Shown: in pieces, positions 24,001-36,949 of the stretch
Layout: every line of letters starts with the position of its first letter
How positions within the stretch are numbered: the stretch's first letter is position 1
From: Phoronis australis
Taxonomy: Eukaryota > Animalia > Phoronida
Direction: 5' to 3'
DNA: 64,000 nucleotides
Assembly (NCBI GenBank): GCA_002633005.1
Contig: NMRA01000283.1
Location: 346,351-410,350 of the forward strand
Notes under the pieces: generated by a model
The model's database searches: none
What the model was told of the DNA's origin: nothing
The model's input: the letters and a program-made list of their open reading frames with translations, nothing else
Program-made: the position numbers and the translations under genes

Positions 24001-27000
24001 GAATTGAGAGAAAATTATATTGAAGTATATTACTGGAATTTTCCCTCTTTTTTGAGTTCAATAGCTTAATGTCAACAAGTGATGATGCTAAATTAGTTAA
24101 TCTACGTAAATATGCATTTTATGCTTTTCGAGTCCCGCGATAGCTTACTGCACTCTTGTTACACGTTGTTCTTTTGTACAGTGGGCCTATGGCCTTTGTT
24201 ACAGAAATAAATTGATTTGTTGATTAAAAGTATCCTATCCAGCAATAAAATGTGTTTTTCTGACGCAAAACGGATGATGTCTTTTTGAAAGGACTTTTTG
24301 GACGGCTCGGCAAACTTAAGGATCTAAGATTAATTCTTTTTCGACTGGATTTATGCCAATGAGATTAATATAGAACTATTTATATAGCTCATTGGTTTCT
24401 GTGGAAATATGGCGGCAGTTGAGTAAGTACCCATAATTCGTCAGTCAGCTGTCATTCACTACGCCGGCTTTTTCAGGTGGTGAAGCACAATCACAACTAA
24501 AAATCAAAGCACATAACTCAGTTTAGTTTGATAATATTTGGAGTTTTGTTGAATGAGTATTATATGGGCTTAACTTTCGACTGAAATAACTTGCATTAAA
24601 ATCTGCTTCGTGAAATTTTTCCCTAAAATGAAGCGCTTTGCAAATGGTAGGACCTAAAATGAATCATTTAATAAATAACTACTAGTCGCGTACCATTTTT
24701 TGAAAATATCAAATTATCGAAAATCCAGCAATTCGGACACCGTGTGTCCCTTGAGTCTTGTGCCCTATATTGGACGGTGCCCAGCTGATCCCACCAACTG
24801 AGATTGGATCAGGCAAATTCAAAGAGGGGACCAGTTCCACTGTGTCGGAACCCTTGCTGTCACACGACGCTTCCGATGGCGATCCATCAGTTTCCGGGCG
24901 AAAATGGACCCACCAGCCGACATTTCGGGAGCGCCACGCTATGGCTGGCGGAAAAGTCTCGTTTTGCAATTTGGTAGTACATGTACTTTCAACGACATCT
25001 GCAATAACCTGCGAAAAGGCGTCGATTCCGACTTTGGTCGCGGTGGCCGTAGTTAGGATTCGAAATATTTTGTAAACTAGGTCGTAGTAATAAACGTGCA
25101 GGAATTCCTTAATCGTAATGATATGACTTCGGCAGTCTCGAAAGGTAAATGAGGGCATATTTGTGTGTCTAGGGTCTCTTGCGTATTTCGACGTATGGTA
25201 TTAGAGATCCCATTCGCCACGACCACCGTATTTTACAGTTAACGATTCTATCTTCCTTCCGATGACAGGGAACATTCAGAATAGTATTCAATTGCAGATT
25301 TGTTGGCTCTGCAGCTCCCTGACATTTATCAAACGTTGGTCACATGTTCGTTTCTGCGCTGCCGTTGCAGCATTGATGGCTACAAAGGCGGGTCAAAACT
25401 GGCCAACTGCAATAAGAATGATTGGGTATATTAAATCAAAAATAACACATATGAGCTCCATTCCGACCACACTATAACCGTGGAAAAAACACGGAGATTT
25501 AAATATCTTGTTCTATTTGTAAGCAGGGAAACAAGGAGTGTTAGCTTGTCGTATTTCACATCCCTCGCCCGATTCTATTGTCGTGGTTGTATTTCGCAAG
25601 GTGTGAACGCGGCATCTCATCCCTTATTTTTTATACCTTACTGTACATTAGTTGTTCAAGTAGAGCATGTAGCTAAAGTAAGATATGTCATGAATTATGC
25701 AACATGGATGACGTAAACTAATGCTATTTTAAACACTATTTTGCTGAAAAGAAAAGCAAACTGTGCTACTCCTTCCTCACCAACCACCATGTCCTGTCAC
25801 CAGAACACAATGAGAAACTGCTCATGAATGGAGCCTCGATCCTGATTATACAATTCATTTTTTCGGCAGATGTCGTCGTCACGTTGGCCGTTAGCACACA
25901 ATCTCCGTATTAATATTTTTCACTTTCGTCCTTTCTGTAACAGTAGGAGAGAGCGGGGCTAGTTGAAACACTACAAGGACGATTTCGCCCGTAATGGTTA
26001 TTGTAATTATTCCAACGTGCCACGCGTATGCTGTTTTACGTCATTAACATAATGATTTATTGTAATATCTGGACAGCTAATGGAGTCATCAACCACGACC
26101 GTTGTGCAACCCCAAATCATATCTTTCCCAAATTATTATCGGGTGTTCCTTCGTCCTTTCCGAACATCTCCTGGAAGATTTTTCAAAATCTTTCCACAAC
26201 CTTTGCTTATTATGAAATTTTGCCTCACTGTCCCATTCTTTGTACCCAATGCACCCAACTGTACTTATTTTGCAGAATCTTCGTGACTGAGGCAAATTGT
26301 AACGTGCTACTAAGCTAATTTGCAGGATCTCTCTCCACTTAATATTTAGACAACGTTTTGCCCATTCCAAAATAAATGAAATGTGTAGTCGAGAATTTGG
26401 AAGATATATACTAGCAGGACAATATCAAATATTTCCCGTGGGAATGATTTCGTACTTAAAACAATAGCATACACGAATCGTTGACAAATTAATTGTTGCC
26501 GTTTACAATTTTATTTGAGTGGTCAAAGTTTTTTGGGCTTAAAAACAAAATGCTTATAACTGCAGGCTCCATGTTTTGGCGAGGCTTGGACAGGTATAAG
26601 ACGATAGATGATGCTAGTTTCAGGTCTGTGTCGAGTGTTACGACTTACCCGCGTTACAATAACCCCCGTTCTCCCTTAACCCCTTCCTTTTCATCTCGAA
26701 TGGCATTTTTATTGAATTCAAACAATTCGTTGACAGAAAACAATACTTTAACGATCTTGTTAAAATGTAAGGCTTTTATAACGAGTATATTGATTTTGGA
26801 GCGGCACTGTTGTCACGCGACTTCTTGTTTTTAGATTCCGATGGCATGCTTTCTCAGTTTAATGTCACATGTAAATTAACGCGCATTTCCTTGTCAAACA
26901 GAATCAACGCTGTTCAAACATGCAACATCGGCTATCATCAAAGACACCGCTCACCTCATTCGTTCACTCTTCTCTGTAGAACCGACATGGTGTAGTCTTA

Positions 27001-27025
27001 ATGTCGCGTAATCAGCGTACTTTAA

Positions 27026-27571
27026 AGAGGCATGAAACGAGAAAGCTCGTCGAAATATCTTTTTTAAACAATTCCTGGTGAAAGTACCATCTAGCAACGT
27101 CTAGTACAGGGTAATTCACTTTCATATGTGGGGGAGTTTCCAGAAAAAATCACAAAACTCACGATTTTTGAAATACGCGCGAAGGAAAAACTCTGTGGTT
27201 ACCGCAGATTTTCTAAATCTTCCTCCCCCTTATGATAAATGCGCGCATGCGCTCAGTCAGTTTCTTGAAGTCGCTTGAGGTCAAAGGTCACATTTCCCAT
27301 ATAAGGGGAATGTGTTACGTCTATGTCTTGCAATACCAAATAAGGAGACGCGCTTTGCCTTGTGGGAGAAAAATCGAAGAAGTGGCGAGCAGTTGACACA
27401 TCGTTTTTTTGAATTTTGAAACTAAAAAAAAATGCTTTGATATGAACAGAAATTAAAAATCTTTACGAACAAACCCTAAACATATCTGATGAGCAGGTTA
27501 AATTATGTTTCGATGGCAAAGAACCACTTTCAATATTGCAATGTAGTCTGCTTATGGTGTTCCAGGCCTCT
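27026..27571. mobile_element. Non-autonomous DNA transposon with TTAA TSD (Kolobok-like)
   Basis: TTAA|agaggcatgaaac ... gttccaggcctct|TTAA. RR...YY termini with a TTAA target fit Kolobok better than piggyBac (CCY termini). Confidence 0.65.
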
Positions 27572-28700
27572 TTAAAGTGATCCTCTAAACCTTTCTCTGG
27601 TGTCTTTCAACGCGGATTTGCACTTCCCAATCAACGTCATCGATTTCGTATCTTGTGTTTGAATTGAAATTTGTTGCCGTAAAACGCCTTGACGGCCGTA
27701 CTATGGGGTTTTCGCGAGTTTCTTGCGTCGACGGAACGCAGCCCTGGGGCCCCTTCCAAGAAACTGGCTTAAGTTCATTTTTTACTTAAGTCTAAGATTT
27801 GTCTCAACTTCTAAACTTTGAAACTTCCACATCACCCAAGTTAGTCAAAATTAAGACAAAATTTAAGTCAAAAACTTAAGTTAAACTTAATATCTCCTGC
27901 TTGTGAAACGGACTTGAGACAAAGTTTTATTTTAAAATTGACTGAAATTTAAGATTTGTCTTAGCTAAGTCAGTTATCTTGGAACGAGACCCTAGTAAGG
28001 AACAGTGTTTGGCCGATTTTATTACAATAAGTGACATCAAACAGCAAATGCAGAAGGCTCGGGTTAAAAAGCCACGCTGTATGACAAACGTCTTTAGTCG
28101 TTGTTTCTTGTACAGATGACGATTCAAAGAAAATTTCGTCTCGTGTCAAACCATTAATCAAGAGATTGTCGTTTTTATTTTCTTCAGAACCTCAAAATGC
28201 ATGTATGCTACTAGTATTGCCAGGGAGTTTGTTAAATTATTTTAGATCCAAAATAAATTCAGTTGTCTTCATTAAGTAGGACACCCTCTTTTGAAGATTT
28301 CAACTAATCTTCGTTCTGTCGCCTGCAGCATTGGCGTCAGTTTTGAAAGATAAAATCAGAAATCAACTGAAAGCTCATACCCCGTATCTCAAAAATTGAA
28401 CATTATGGTCCTTGGTGGGTGGTCTTTTCCCACAGTTGCCGCGTCATTCGCTAAAAGCGTAGGTCACGCTTGTCCGTTTATCAGATTTTGAAAGGAGTTT
28501 TCAAAATTTTCTCCATACTTTTGATGGTTGTCGAGGGTTACAGAGCATTATTTTGTTTTTGAGAACTGGATGGAAAAGTTGTTTTTAGTATCTTTTATTA
28601 GTCCAAAACCGGGTTTAGTATCCTTTTAAAGGTGCAACATATTAGAGCATTCTGTTAAAAAGCACTTTTCACATTTAGGCCACTTGCCGTTAAAAAAACT

Positions 28701-28854
28701 GCCTCCCGTTCAGTAACGCTAGGACCTAGCTTGAAAGCAAGACTTTGCGAGATTACGCGTGATATTGCCGTGTATTTTAAATAAGAGCACGTGACCTTGA
28801 CTAGCTCTTGGCTAGGTCCTAGCGTAGGTCCTAGCGTCTACTGAACGCACGCCT
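28701..28854. mobile_element. MITE family 'GCCTC-CAGTAACGCTAGGACCT', intronic copy
   Basis: gcctcccgttcagtaacgctaggacctagc ... gctaggtcctagcgtaggtcctagcgtctactgaacg. Confidence 0.75.
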
Positions 28855-29502
28855 GGTCTCATCTTGTTCTTTACCCAAATTAGACATTATTTGTAGGCTT
28901 AAGAAGAACTGACCGTTATTGCTTTGTGTCACGTTCATTCAGGTGCTTGTCACGGCTGGTTTGTTTCAGTCGCCGAAGTTGTGTGTCGGTCAGAGGAATT
29001 TCAGAGTTGTTTGGGTAATCACTTAAAATTCAACCAAAGGATAAAAACGCTATGAAGTTGTTTTAGAAGAGCGTATGTGCCTGTAATACAGTTGTCTTCA
29101 ACATCAGAGTTAGGTTTATAGCGGTTTTAAGTGAAATCATAATTTAAGCTTAAGCCCATCGCACACTATGCGACGCAACTCATGTCAATAGTTGAATTGC
29201 GATGAGATGAGCCATGTCGAGTAGTGTATGCCAGGTTTTAGGCCGTTGTTGTAAAATAACCACGCATTTGATGAACTGTCAGTAGCAAAAGCTGAATGTG
29301 CTGACTAGTCTTCTTGAAACNAGAGATATATTCTGGCACTTTCTGGATGACCAATTTGTTTAGAGATCAGTGGAAGTCCGTTGTGTCGTGGCGCTGTTTG
29401 AAACGTATTTTGTATGGCTAAGAATTGATTTGTGTGTTTGATAGTAAGTAAGAAATCCATGGCTGTACTCGACTATTAGATAATATTTAAGACCCTCAAT
29501 TG

Positions 29503-29611
29503 TGCAGAATTTTGTCGAAAAAGAACCCTTTCGTATAGGGAATGAAAGTCTTCCATCTGCAGAATTTTGTCGGAAAAGAACCCTTTCGTAGGGAAATGAA
29601 AGTCTTCCCTC
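29503..29611 (+). repeat. ~55-bp tandem duplication
   Basis: tgcagaattttgtcg(a/g)aaaagaaccctttcgta...aatgaaagtcttcc occurs twice. Confidence 0.85.
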
Positions 29612-29821
29612 TAAACGGTACGTCCTGTGAGAAGCAATTCTTCATGAAAGTGCAATAACTTTAATGGAAAAGAGACGATAAAACTTTTCACGATTACTTT
29701 CATATATACCGATGTGCAATGTCTTAGCTAAATTTCAGTCAAGCATCTAACATCATCAGTCATAAAAAACCGTAAATGGTTCCACTGTGAACTACAATAC
29801 ATCACCTCACAACTGGTAAGA

Positions 29822-30656
29822 GCCAACGTAGACGCAGAGCTACGCCTCAAATGCAAATGAGCTCAGCTGATAGCTCACATGTGCGGCAAATGAATCGTGG
29901 GCTTGGAGTTCGCCTTTTGACTAGGAGGCGGGGATGCGAATGTTTCATTCGTTGGATTTCTTTCACGTGGCGAATGTAAATCCTCGCAGCATGCGGTAGA
30001 GCTGAGCCAAGTGCTCAGCCGATAGCCCTCGGTTGCCAATGAAAATTACTTATTGCATCACCGGACAACAATAAATCTTTGTCGCTCGCTCACTGTAAAC
30101 GTGTACAATATTTACGCAGTTAACTACGAACATAGATTACTGTTCAGTGACCATTTAACTCGCGTGTGCGGGCAACAGTGACGTGAGGTGCATTTTTCTT
30201 GAGGCACTTAGCTCCGTTTGTAGGTTTCCGAATAGCTGCGAGCTGAGCTGTCGTCTTCAAGTGAGCTACAGCTAAGCTCATAGCTCGAGTTAGCCGCACA
30301 TAGCTAGCAAAATGCTCAGTGACCTGTTACTTACTTTCGTACTAATCAGCGTAAGTGTAGTGCACACGGACAGTGTTGTCCGATGATGCAGTAATTAATG
30401 CTCACACACAACCGAAGGTAATCGGCTTAGCACCTATAGCTCACCTCGCCCGCATGCTGTGAGGATTTACACTTGCCAGATCAAAGAAATCTCACAAGTG
30501 AAGCATTCGCCTCACTCTCTTGCAAAGCAAATTCCTCGTTGTTTGCCGCAGACATGAGCTATGAACTATGAGCTGAACTCATTTACAGTCTAGGTGCTGT
30601 TGTAATAAAGGAAGTCGGTTGGCTACTACAGTGCGTAGCTCTCCGTCTGGGCTGGC
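29822..30656. mobile_element. ~830-bp degenerate foldback element rich in AGCT motifs
   Basis: Mirror-position pairings: gtaaatcctcgcagcatgcgg with ccgcatgctgtgaggatttac; tgcatcaccggacaaca with tgttgtccgatgatgca; agagctacgc with gcgtagctct. Confidence 0.75.
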
Positions 30657-30964
30657 CCCAAGAATCACACAATCACCTCAATGCCACAGGTGCAGCTGCA
30701 TTCTTGTTTAAAGACCTTACCTCAAGGGGTTATTCTAGCTGAAACACGATATGTTATATACTATAATGTTGTTCACATTTTGTTATCAAATTGCAAGCCT
30801 TCATGAACCAAATTTTGTACCTCAGCCGGAAATCAGAACATCATCCGCTGTTCTCGTCTATTTCCGTGACCCGAGTTCCCCTGTACAGTGTGTTAGGAAC
30901 GATTCCTGAATGACGACCATGTTTCCTTGAAAACTCATTGATACCCGCACCTGAACATAAAAAC

Positions 30965-31121
30965 CAGGGGCGGATCCAGGATTTTGAGTTAGGGGGGCCA
31001 GGGCAGAGTATTAGCCAGGATTTTGCCCGTCAGACATTCGCACCTCCGTACTGCCAAATGAAATCTGGGAGAATTTTAGGGGGGCCATGGCCCCCTTGGC
31101 CGCCCTCTAAATCCGCTACTG
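30965..31121. mobile_element. GC-rich MITE (CAGGGGCGGATCC-type termini)
   Basis: caggggcggatccagga ... taaatccgctactg with ggggggccatggccccc subterminal motif; related element at ~40929-41068. No clear TSD. Confidence 0.65.
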
Positions 31122-32873
31122 AAGACGTTGTTATTTTGTTTGGTTGTTTTTGATTCACATTTTGGTTCTTGTTATGTTGGTTGTCTGTTGTCATATGTTT
31201 AGCCATTAGCTTGCATATGAAGCGTAGTATGTAATACAATTCTAAGTTGAATTGAATGAAAACGTCGCACTTTCCGCAGTTAGTAGGCTAAGCGTCCTTT
31301 CTCATCGCTAAGGTACAACAAATTTTAACGAAAAGATTCTCTCAGGTAATAAATAAGAAGGAAAAATTCTAGTTCTGTAAGTCTATATTCTCCCGTCACC
31401 CTATCGTGTAACGGGAATCAAAATAGAGAGGCAACTGCTCGGCAAATTGCAGCGGCCACCGACAGCGCACTTTGGCTTCACTTGACAGCAAACCGACACC
31501 GGCCTCGTTGGCTCTTTGAAAAGCGACAAAAAACAAACAGCATTTTGATTCTTCGACATAAAAACAAAATTTTCGAACTCAAAAAGTGTGCTCCTCATTT
31601 GAATTGCCAATAACGCCCACGTTAGGTGCTTGATTTTTACTACCTGGCCATCATGACAGGCGACGGAGTCTCCGAGTTGCCATGTGAATTACTTCGTTTC
31701 ACGAAGCTTGCTAAGTCGGGCTCGTGTAACATGTCATTGTTCCTCTGAGTACCTGACTGTTGTTATGTGTTTGTTCAATCGTTTTCGTCGTCCTTGATTG
31801 AGTTTCAGTAGTCGGCATACCCCGCCGTTGCCACGGTCGTCTTCATCATCGTAATCCATATTATTTCCATCCTTCTTTGAGTTGTTCAATTTCCAGCTAT
31901 TTTGTTGGTTAGCCTCAGGTCTAAATTATTTACTGTTATTAACCCATGTTAATGCCAGCTAATAAATAATGATAAATATGTGAATTAGTTTTTCATACTT
32001 CGGTTTCGTTATTTGATAGACTGCCACAGCATGAGCGTGGAAACGTTGATTAAATGAGACGTCTGGCATACCAAATTCTCCGTCGTTAATGCGTCTTTAT
32101 GAAGCCTAAAGGCGGCATTAACAGGTCTGTGGATGGTCTTAACCTTGGTCTTTATGACCGTATAATGTGTCAATTACAAAACGGATGTCTTTAATCCACC
32201 AACAACGTCATCGACAAAATTGAGCAAATTCTAGTGAGAAACAATACGTGTAAACTGTGCGATCGACAGCGTATGCAAATACCGTATTTCGCTGTCAAGG
32301 CAAGAACGTCTTTTGATTGCGTATTGGGATGCGCGTGAACATTCAAAACATGATTAGAATCGGGAGCCGCCTTCGGTTGCAGGTCGGGCGTGCGTTCCGT
32401 AGACACAAGAACTTAGCGAAGACGCAAGATCGTGCAAGAGACTGTACAAGTGAAGCACGTGATCACTCTGCCTTCCTTCGCGATGTTCTTGCGTCTGCTT
32501 TATTTCTGCATTCTTTGTTAGTCACGCTATCTGTTCCTACGGGAGGGTCTGATTGACAGCATTTCTTGTTCACTAATTGTGCGCTGTGACAAACGACGCG
32601 TACTAGAGATAAAGAAACGAAACATTTTATTAACTTATACACAAGATGAGCAATCATAACTCAAGAATAAACATTGCCACTGAATATATTTTTGACGGAG
32701 ATATTCTAACGCCAATAAAACCCTATTCGCATAATTTTATAATAATCGCAATCACAGCCTTTTCGCAAGTTGTTACAGACACTGCTGTAGATATTGCAAG
32801 TCGCCAGCCGCTGTGTTTACGATATGTGTACAATATTTTTATTTACACATTCAGATTTGTACACCTTGTGTTG

Positions 32874-33108
32874 CATGCGCACACAGCCTCCAAATAGGGG
32901 GGGCTCAAATTCCTGACGTTATGGACCTTTTGCTAACAAAAGAACAGGCCGACTAAAAAAACGGAAGCACCATTAAGAATTGCGCGTTTGCGCTTATCTA
33001 CTGGACTTTTGTTCCATTTCCTCGGACATTTTGTCTCTCAGGGGAGGACCTTTTTGCCCACTTCGCCAAATGGGGGGCTCCTTNCCCCCCCCCCTGGGTG
33101 CGCGCCTG
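32874..33108 (+). mobile_element. GC-rich MITE, TIR CA(G/T)GCGC(G)CACCCAG
   Basis: Termini catgcgcacacag / ctgggtgcgcgcctg. Internal gggggggctcaaattcc(t/c)gacgtt(a/g)tggacc.tttgctaacaaaaga is shared with the inverted partial copy at 11732-11829. Confidence 0.7.
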
Positions 33109-33769
33109 TTTTGCAACAATTTACTATACCAGCACACAGTCAATGATTACCATCATTGAGTTTATGTATTTTGATGATTTCACCAAAAGCTGATTTCATC
33201 CTGTGTTAGGCTACTGTACGATGAGTGCATTTCTGACAGATAAACGTTGCAACGCGATCCTCATTGAGTCACAAAGTGGGTCCTTTGTAATTTGAGTCTG
33301 GGGTCTTTCCGTTCAACCGTCGATAAGCTGGTGCGACTCCTTGCCATTTCACAGATCTTGTGAGGAACTTTCAAACTTTCTCCACATTTTTGGGATGATG
33401 TGTGTAACAGAGCATTGTTTTGTTACAAAGATTCAAAACGGTTATAAACCCGCCTTGCCATCACAAAAGCAACTTTTGATTTCTATCACTTACGGTTATG
33501 AAATTGGTTTTATATTGCTGCTTAGTTAAAATAAGTTCTGAGCTTGAAAAGAAATGGTATTTCGATTATTCTGCTTGATGCCAACCATTACAACTTAGCT
33601 GACTTGTCATGGCGTGTCATTGGCATAAAAATCACTTCTCATCTGGCTAAGAAACAAGTTTAGACCAGTTTTGTGGTGGTCCAAATAAAAAGTTAGTTTC
33701 TTCGTCGGGTGTAGCCATTTTTAAAGTAAATATAGACGCTGATGTTGGCCAATAGTGAATCAAATAAAC

Positions 33770-33860
33770 TCGGAAAAATCAGGAACTCCAACTGGAAATC
33801 GAACCACAGGTCTCTAGGTTTCCGGTCTAGTGCACTTACCACTGAGCTTCTGAGGACCCG
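33770..33860 (-). mobile_element. tRNA-derived SINE head
   Basis: Minus strand agctcagtggtaag (A box) ... tggttcgatttcc (B box); stems degenerate, so not a functional tRNA. Confidence 0.6.
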
Positions 33861-34336
33861 ATATATGTGCAATTACTGTTTGCAGCCAACTGTTATGTCT
33901 TGCCCTAGATCAGCAATCTAGAGATATGTGGCCCGTTTTTAAAGGGATTGGTTGTGGTCAATATCCGATAATTGGCCAAAACGGTGTTAAGAATGGTATC
34001 CGTTTAACAACTTACTATTTATATCGTAACAGTAACTAGTTGTTTTCTAATTCCATGTACTACATGTATACGTGAAGTACATACAATAAAAGAGCTTCGT
34101 GCCTGGCGGATCATTAAGTTACCACTGTCGCTGTAATACTAGTTACTACACCCCAGCTATCGGTTCCAGGTTTACGGAGTGCCATTTAACGCTGGCGTAG
34201 AACAGTGAATAAGGCCATCATATTTTAGAATATGACTTTCCTCAACATATATAGAGCATATGCATTTTCGGCGTTCACATGCCGTCGGATCAAAAAGCAG
34301 CTTGTACGTCTCTCCGTCCGCCAATTCTCATCGTCT

Positions 34337-34540
34337 GCCTCCAATCAGATGGAAGATCTGCTTTCTTACCATGGGAAGGTTGCATTATGTTGACTGCACT
34401 TGACTGACTTTACCGTTTCCGCCGTGTCAACCGACTCCAACCGCCTCCAATTAGATGGTAGATCTGCCTTCTTTCCGTGGGAAGGTTGCATAATGTTAAC
34501 TGCACTTGACTGACTTTACAGTTTCCTCCGTGTCAACCGG
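34337..34540 (+). repeat. ~106-bp tandem duplication
   Basis: gcctccaat(c/t)agatgg..agatctgc...gggaaggttgcat.atgtt.actgcacttgactgactttac.gtttcc.ccgtgtcaaccg occurs twice. Confidence 0.85.
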
Positions 34541-34645
34541 CTAAGACTCCGTCTGATTGGTCTGTAAGCCGGAAGTCGTCATTGATAACCAATCAGATGT
34601 TTTGGTTAGCTGACCCGGCGGAACCGGAGAAATCATTCAAGTGCT

Positions 34646-34840
34646 AGCCTCGTCCCCAAGCCTCAAGATGACGCTGCGCAAATTCAGAAGCTGATATAAC
34701 TTTAAATCACTCGTAATATTCCGGCGATTTCCGTGAATATGCGTCACAATATTCTCAGGCTAGCAAGTGAATTTCTCCTCATCATCAAGCCTCAAATGCC
34801 TAAACCGATCAGCGTCATCTTGAGGCTTGGGGATGAGGCT
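34646..34840. mobile_element. MITE with 31-bp TIR
   Basis: agcctcgtccccaagcctcaagatgacgctg / cagcgtcatcttgaggcttggggatgaggct (1 mismatch). Confidence 0.85.
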
Positions 34841-35283
34841 GCGGTGCAGACATTGACTTACATGTAACTTGCGGTGAGGCCTTGCTAGGATTCAGAATAT
34901 TGCTGGACTATGTTCACCCATGGTGATCGCACGTTAAAATCAATTTTATGAATTGAAAAGAGTATACCGTCGATAGGTCATTTAAAAAGATAATGTCCAG
35001 TCTCTGAAGATCGACTTAAAATATTTTTGTGGCCTCTTGTCTAGCAGCTTACATTTCTCTCACCGGAAATTACACTCGTTGATATAACGTGCGATTGATC
35101 AGGAATGTGGATATAATTTCTTAGATTAAAATACTCTTTCTTTTACATTGACGACTGGCAGGATATAATGTTTCCAGCGCAGTGAACAAATAGTCACATC
35201 TCAAAAGTCTTACGTGGTCTACTGAATCATGTTTACACCCGACTTGCCATTAACTGCCATTCGTCTGTTCCGTCTACTTGCAG

Positions 35284-35661
35284 TTTACCAAAGCAAATTT
35301 ACCAGATCTTGGAAGATTAGAGGGCAGAGTTGTCATTATTGTGGCAGACGGTGTCAGCGGTTCCTCTTCGCGGCTGCTAGGACTCAGCGATGAGTTTATC
35401 CACCACTCTTGCAAGTCTTATGGGGCCGTGGCCGCCATAGAAAGAGCTGACCAACGACAGGTGCCTACACCCGAAATACAAGTCCGCAATTTAACCTTTG
35501 ACCTGTCTGAATACGGCAGAAATTGCATCTTGGACAGTGAACAACCCGCTTTGTTCAATCTAAAGATCTTTGGAACATTTCGGAACAGATATATCTCACT
35601 GGCTGTACCAAAGTCGGAGAATAAATTAGTGAAAGCTCTTAAAGTGGTGTTGGATCAGTCA
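35284..35661 (+). CDS. FAD-dependent monooxygenase-like gene, exon 2 (126 codons; DG motif)
   Basis: Pyrimidine-rich acceptor ...ctacttgcag|TTT, phase 0 matching exon 1. VVIIVADGVSGSS is the DG fingerprint of flavoprotein hydroxylases. Donor TCA|GTAAGT, phase 0. Confidence 0.88.
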
Positions 35662-36949
35662 GTAAGTAACGGGGCGTTTTCTTATGTAACATGCGTAATC
35701 ATTTCCCTGTCCATCATTGGCCAGTATCCGCCATAGCTATCACCACTTAGAGCCACCCATGTTCAAATGTACAAAACTTGTCTCGGATGATTGCACGTGT
35801 GGGGGACCCGAAGAAATTGATAGTGTCATGCTTAGATGATCGTAAGCACAGTGTATTGAACTCACTGAGCAATCGACTCACTAGATGAAGTGACGCCAGG
35901 TACGTGTGACATAGCACTTGCGGCTCTAGCATATGTAGAAATGGGGGCCCAGTCATAATTTCCGAGGAAAATATCCTCCCTCGTAAACCCTAAAAGCGGC
36001 AAGCCTTCGGCGTTGTTTATTTTTTTTTCTTTGGTCGTCTTCTCAATCCACCTACTGCATAGGTCTCACTTTACTAACCCGATATTTTCCAGTTAGCTTC
36101 ATCAATGGTGTCTACGAGCAGTAAACAGTCACCTAACTAAGAGAAACCTTTGAAAAGCTGATTAGGCTACCGTTAACAATGAATAGTTTTAATTTGCTTT
36201 TCGACGTAGCGAAACCATCCAGAGCGTAGCGAAACGTGATTGTAATCTAGTGTTAATGTAGTTTGCATGTATGTTGGTCGCACTCTAATCTATTAGTGCT
36301 ATCTTGAAATTAATTACATAGTTCACGGAATTGGGACATGCACGCTTCTGTATTTTGTCTCATATTCAAATTTCCCTGGCGTGTGATTAGATGAAATATT
36401 GATGGTGATGGCATTGAAAAAACAATCGACGAGCCATGCATCCTTGCGTCTTTCTTAGTTAGCCAAAGAAACTGACGGCGAAATGTGATCGTCGTAAATC
36501 TAAATCACCTTCCAAACTTAATCAAAGTACACCCAGTTAATAATGGCGGCCAGTTGGGAGTTTCATTTGCAATATTACGTGCACATCTTCATTGCTGAAG
36601 AGTTGTCGGCGAGTGTCTTGCGTCTACGGAAAGCAAGTTCTTACTCGACTTCTTTCAGCTGCACTAGAACACGCACACTTTTGTGATTTTACTTACGTCT
36701 GCATTCAAGTGACAACAATTTTGTTGCGTGAACAAAGGAATCTGTGTACCTTTTTATGTGACAAATTAAATAAAACCTTGGATACTTTGACAAAATGGCC
36801 TAATGCGCTTGCACGAATTTTGAGTGCTAAAATTGTTTTCAAATTGTTGTTGGAAAATATCTGCAGTTTTCATGTTCTACGAAATTCGTAAATTGTTCTG
36901 TTTCTTAGTAATAATCAAAATTTGCGTCAGTTCTTAAACTCTTTTGCAG

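Noticed and set aside
33770-33860. Functional tRNA gene
   Set aside because: A and B boxes are present but the T and acceptor stems are mispaired; SINE head.
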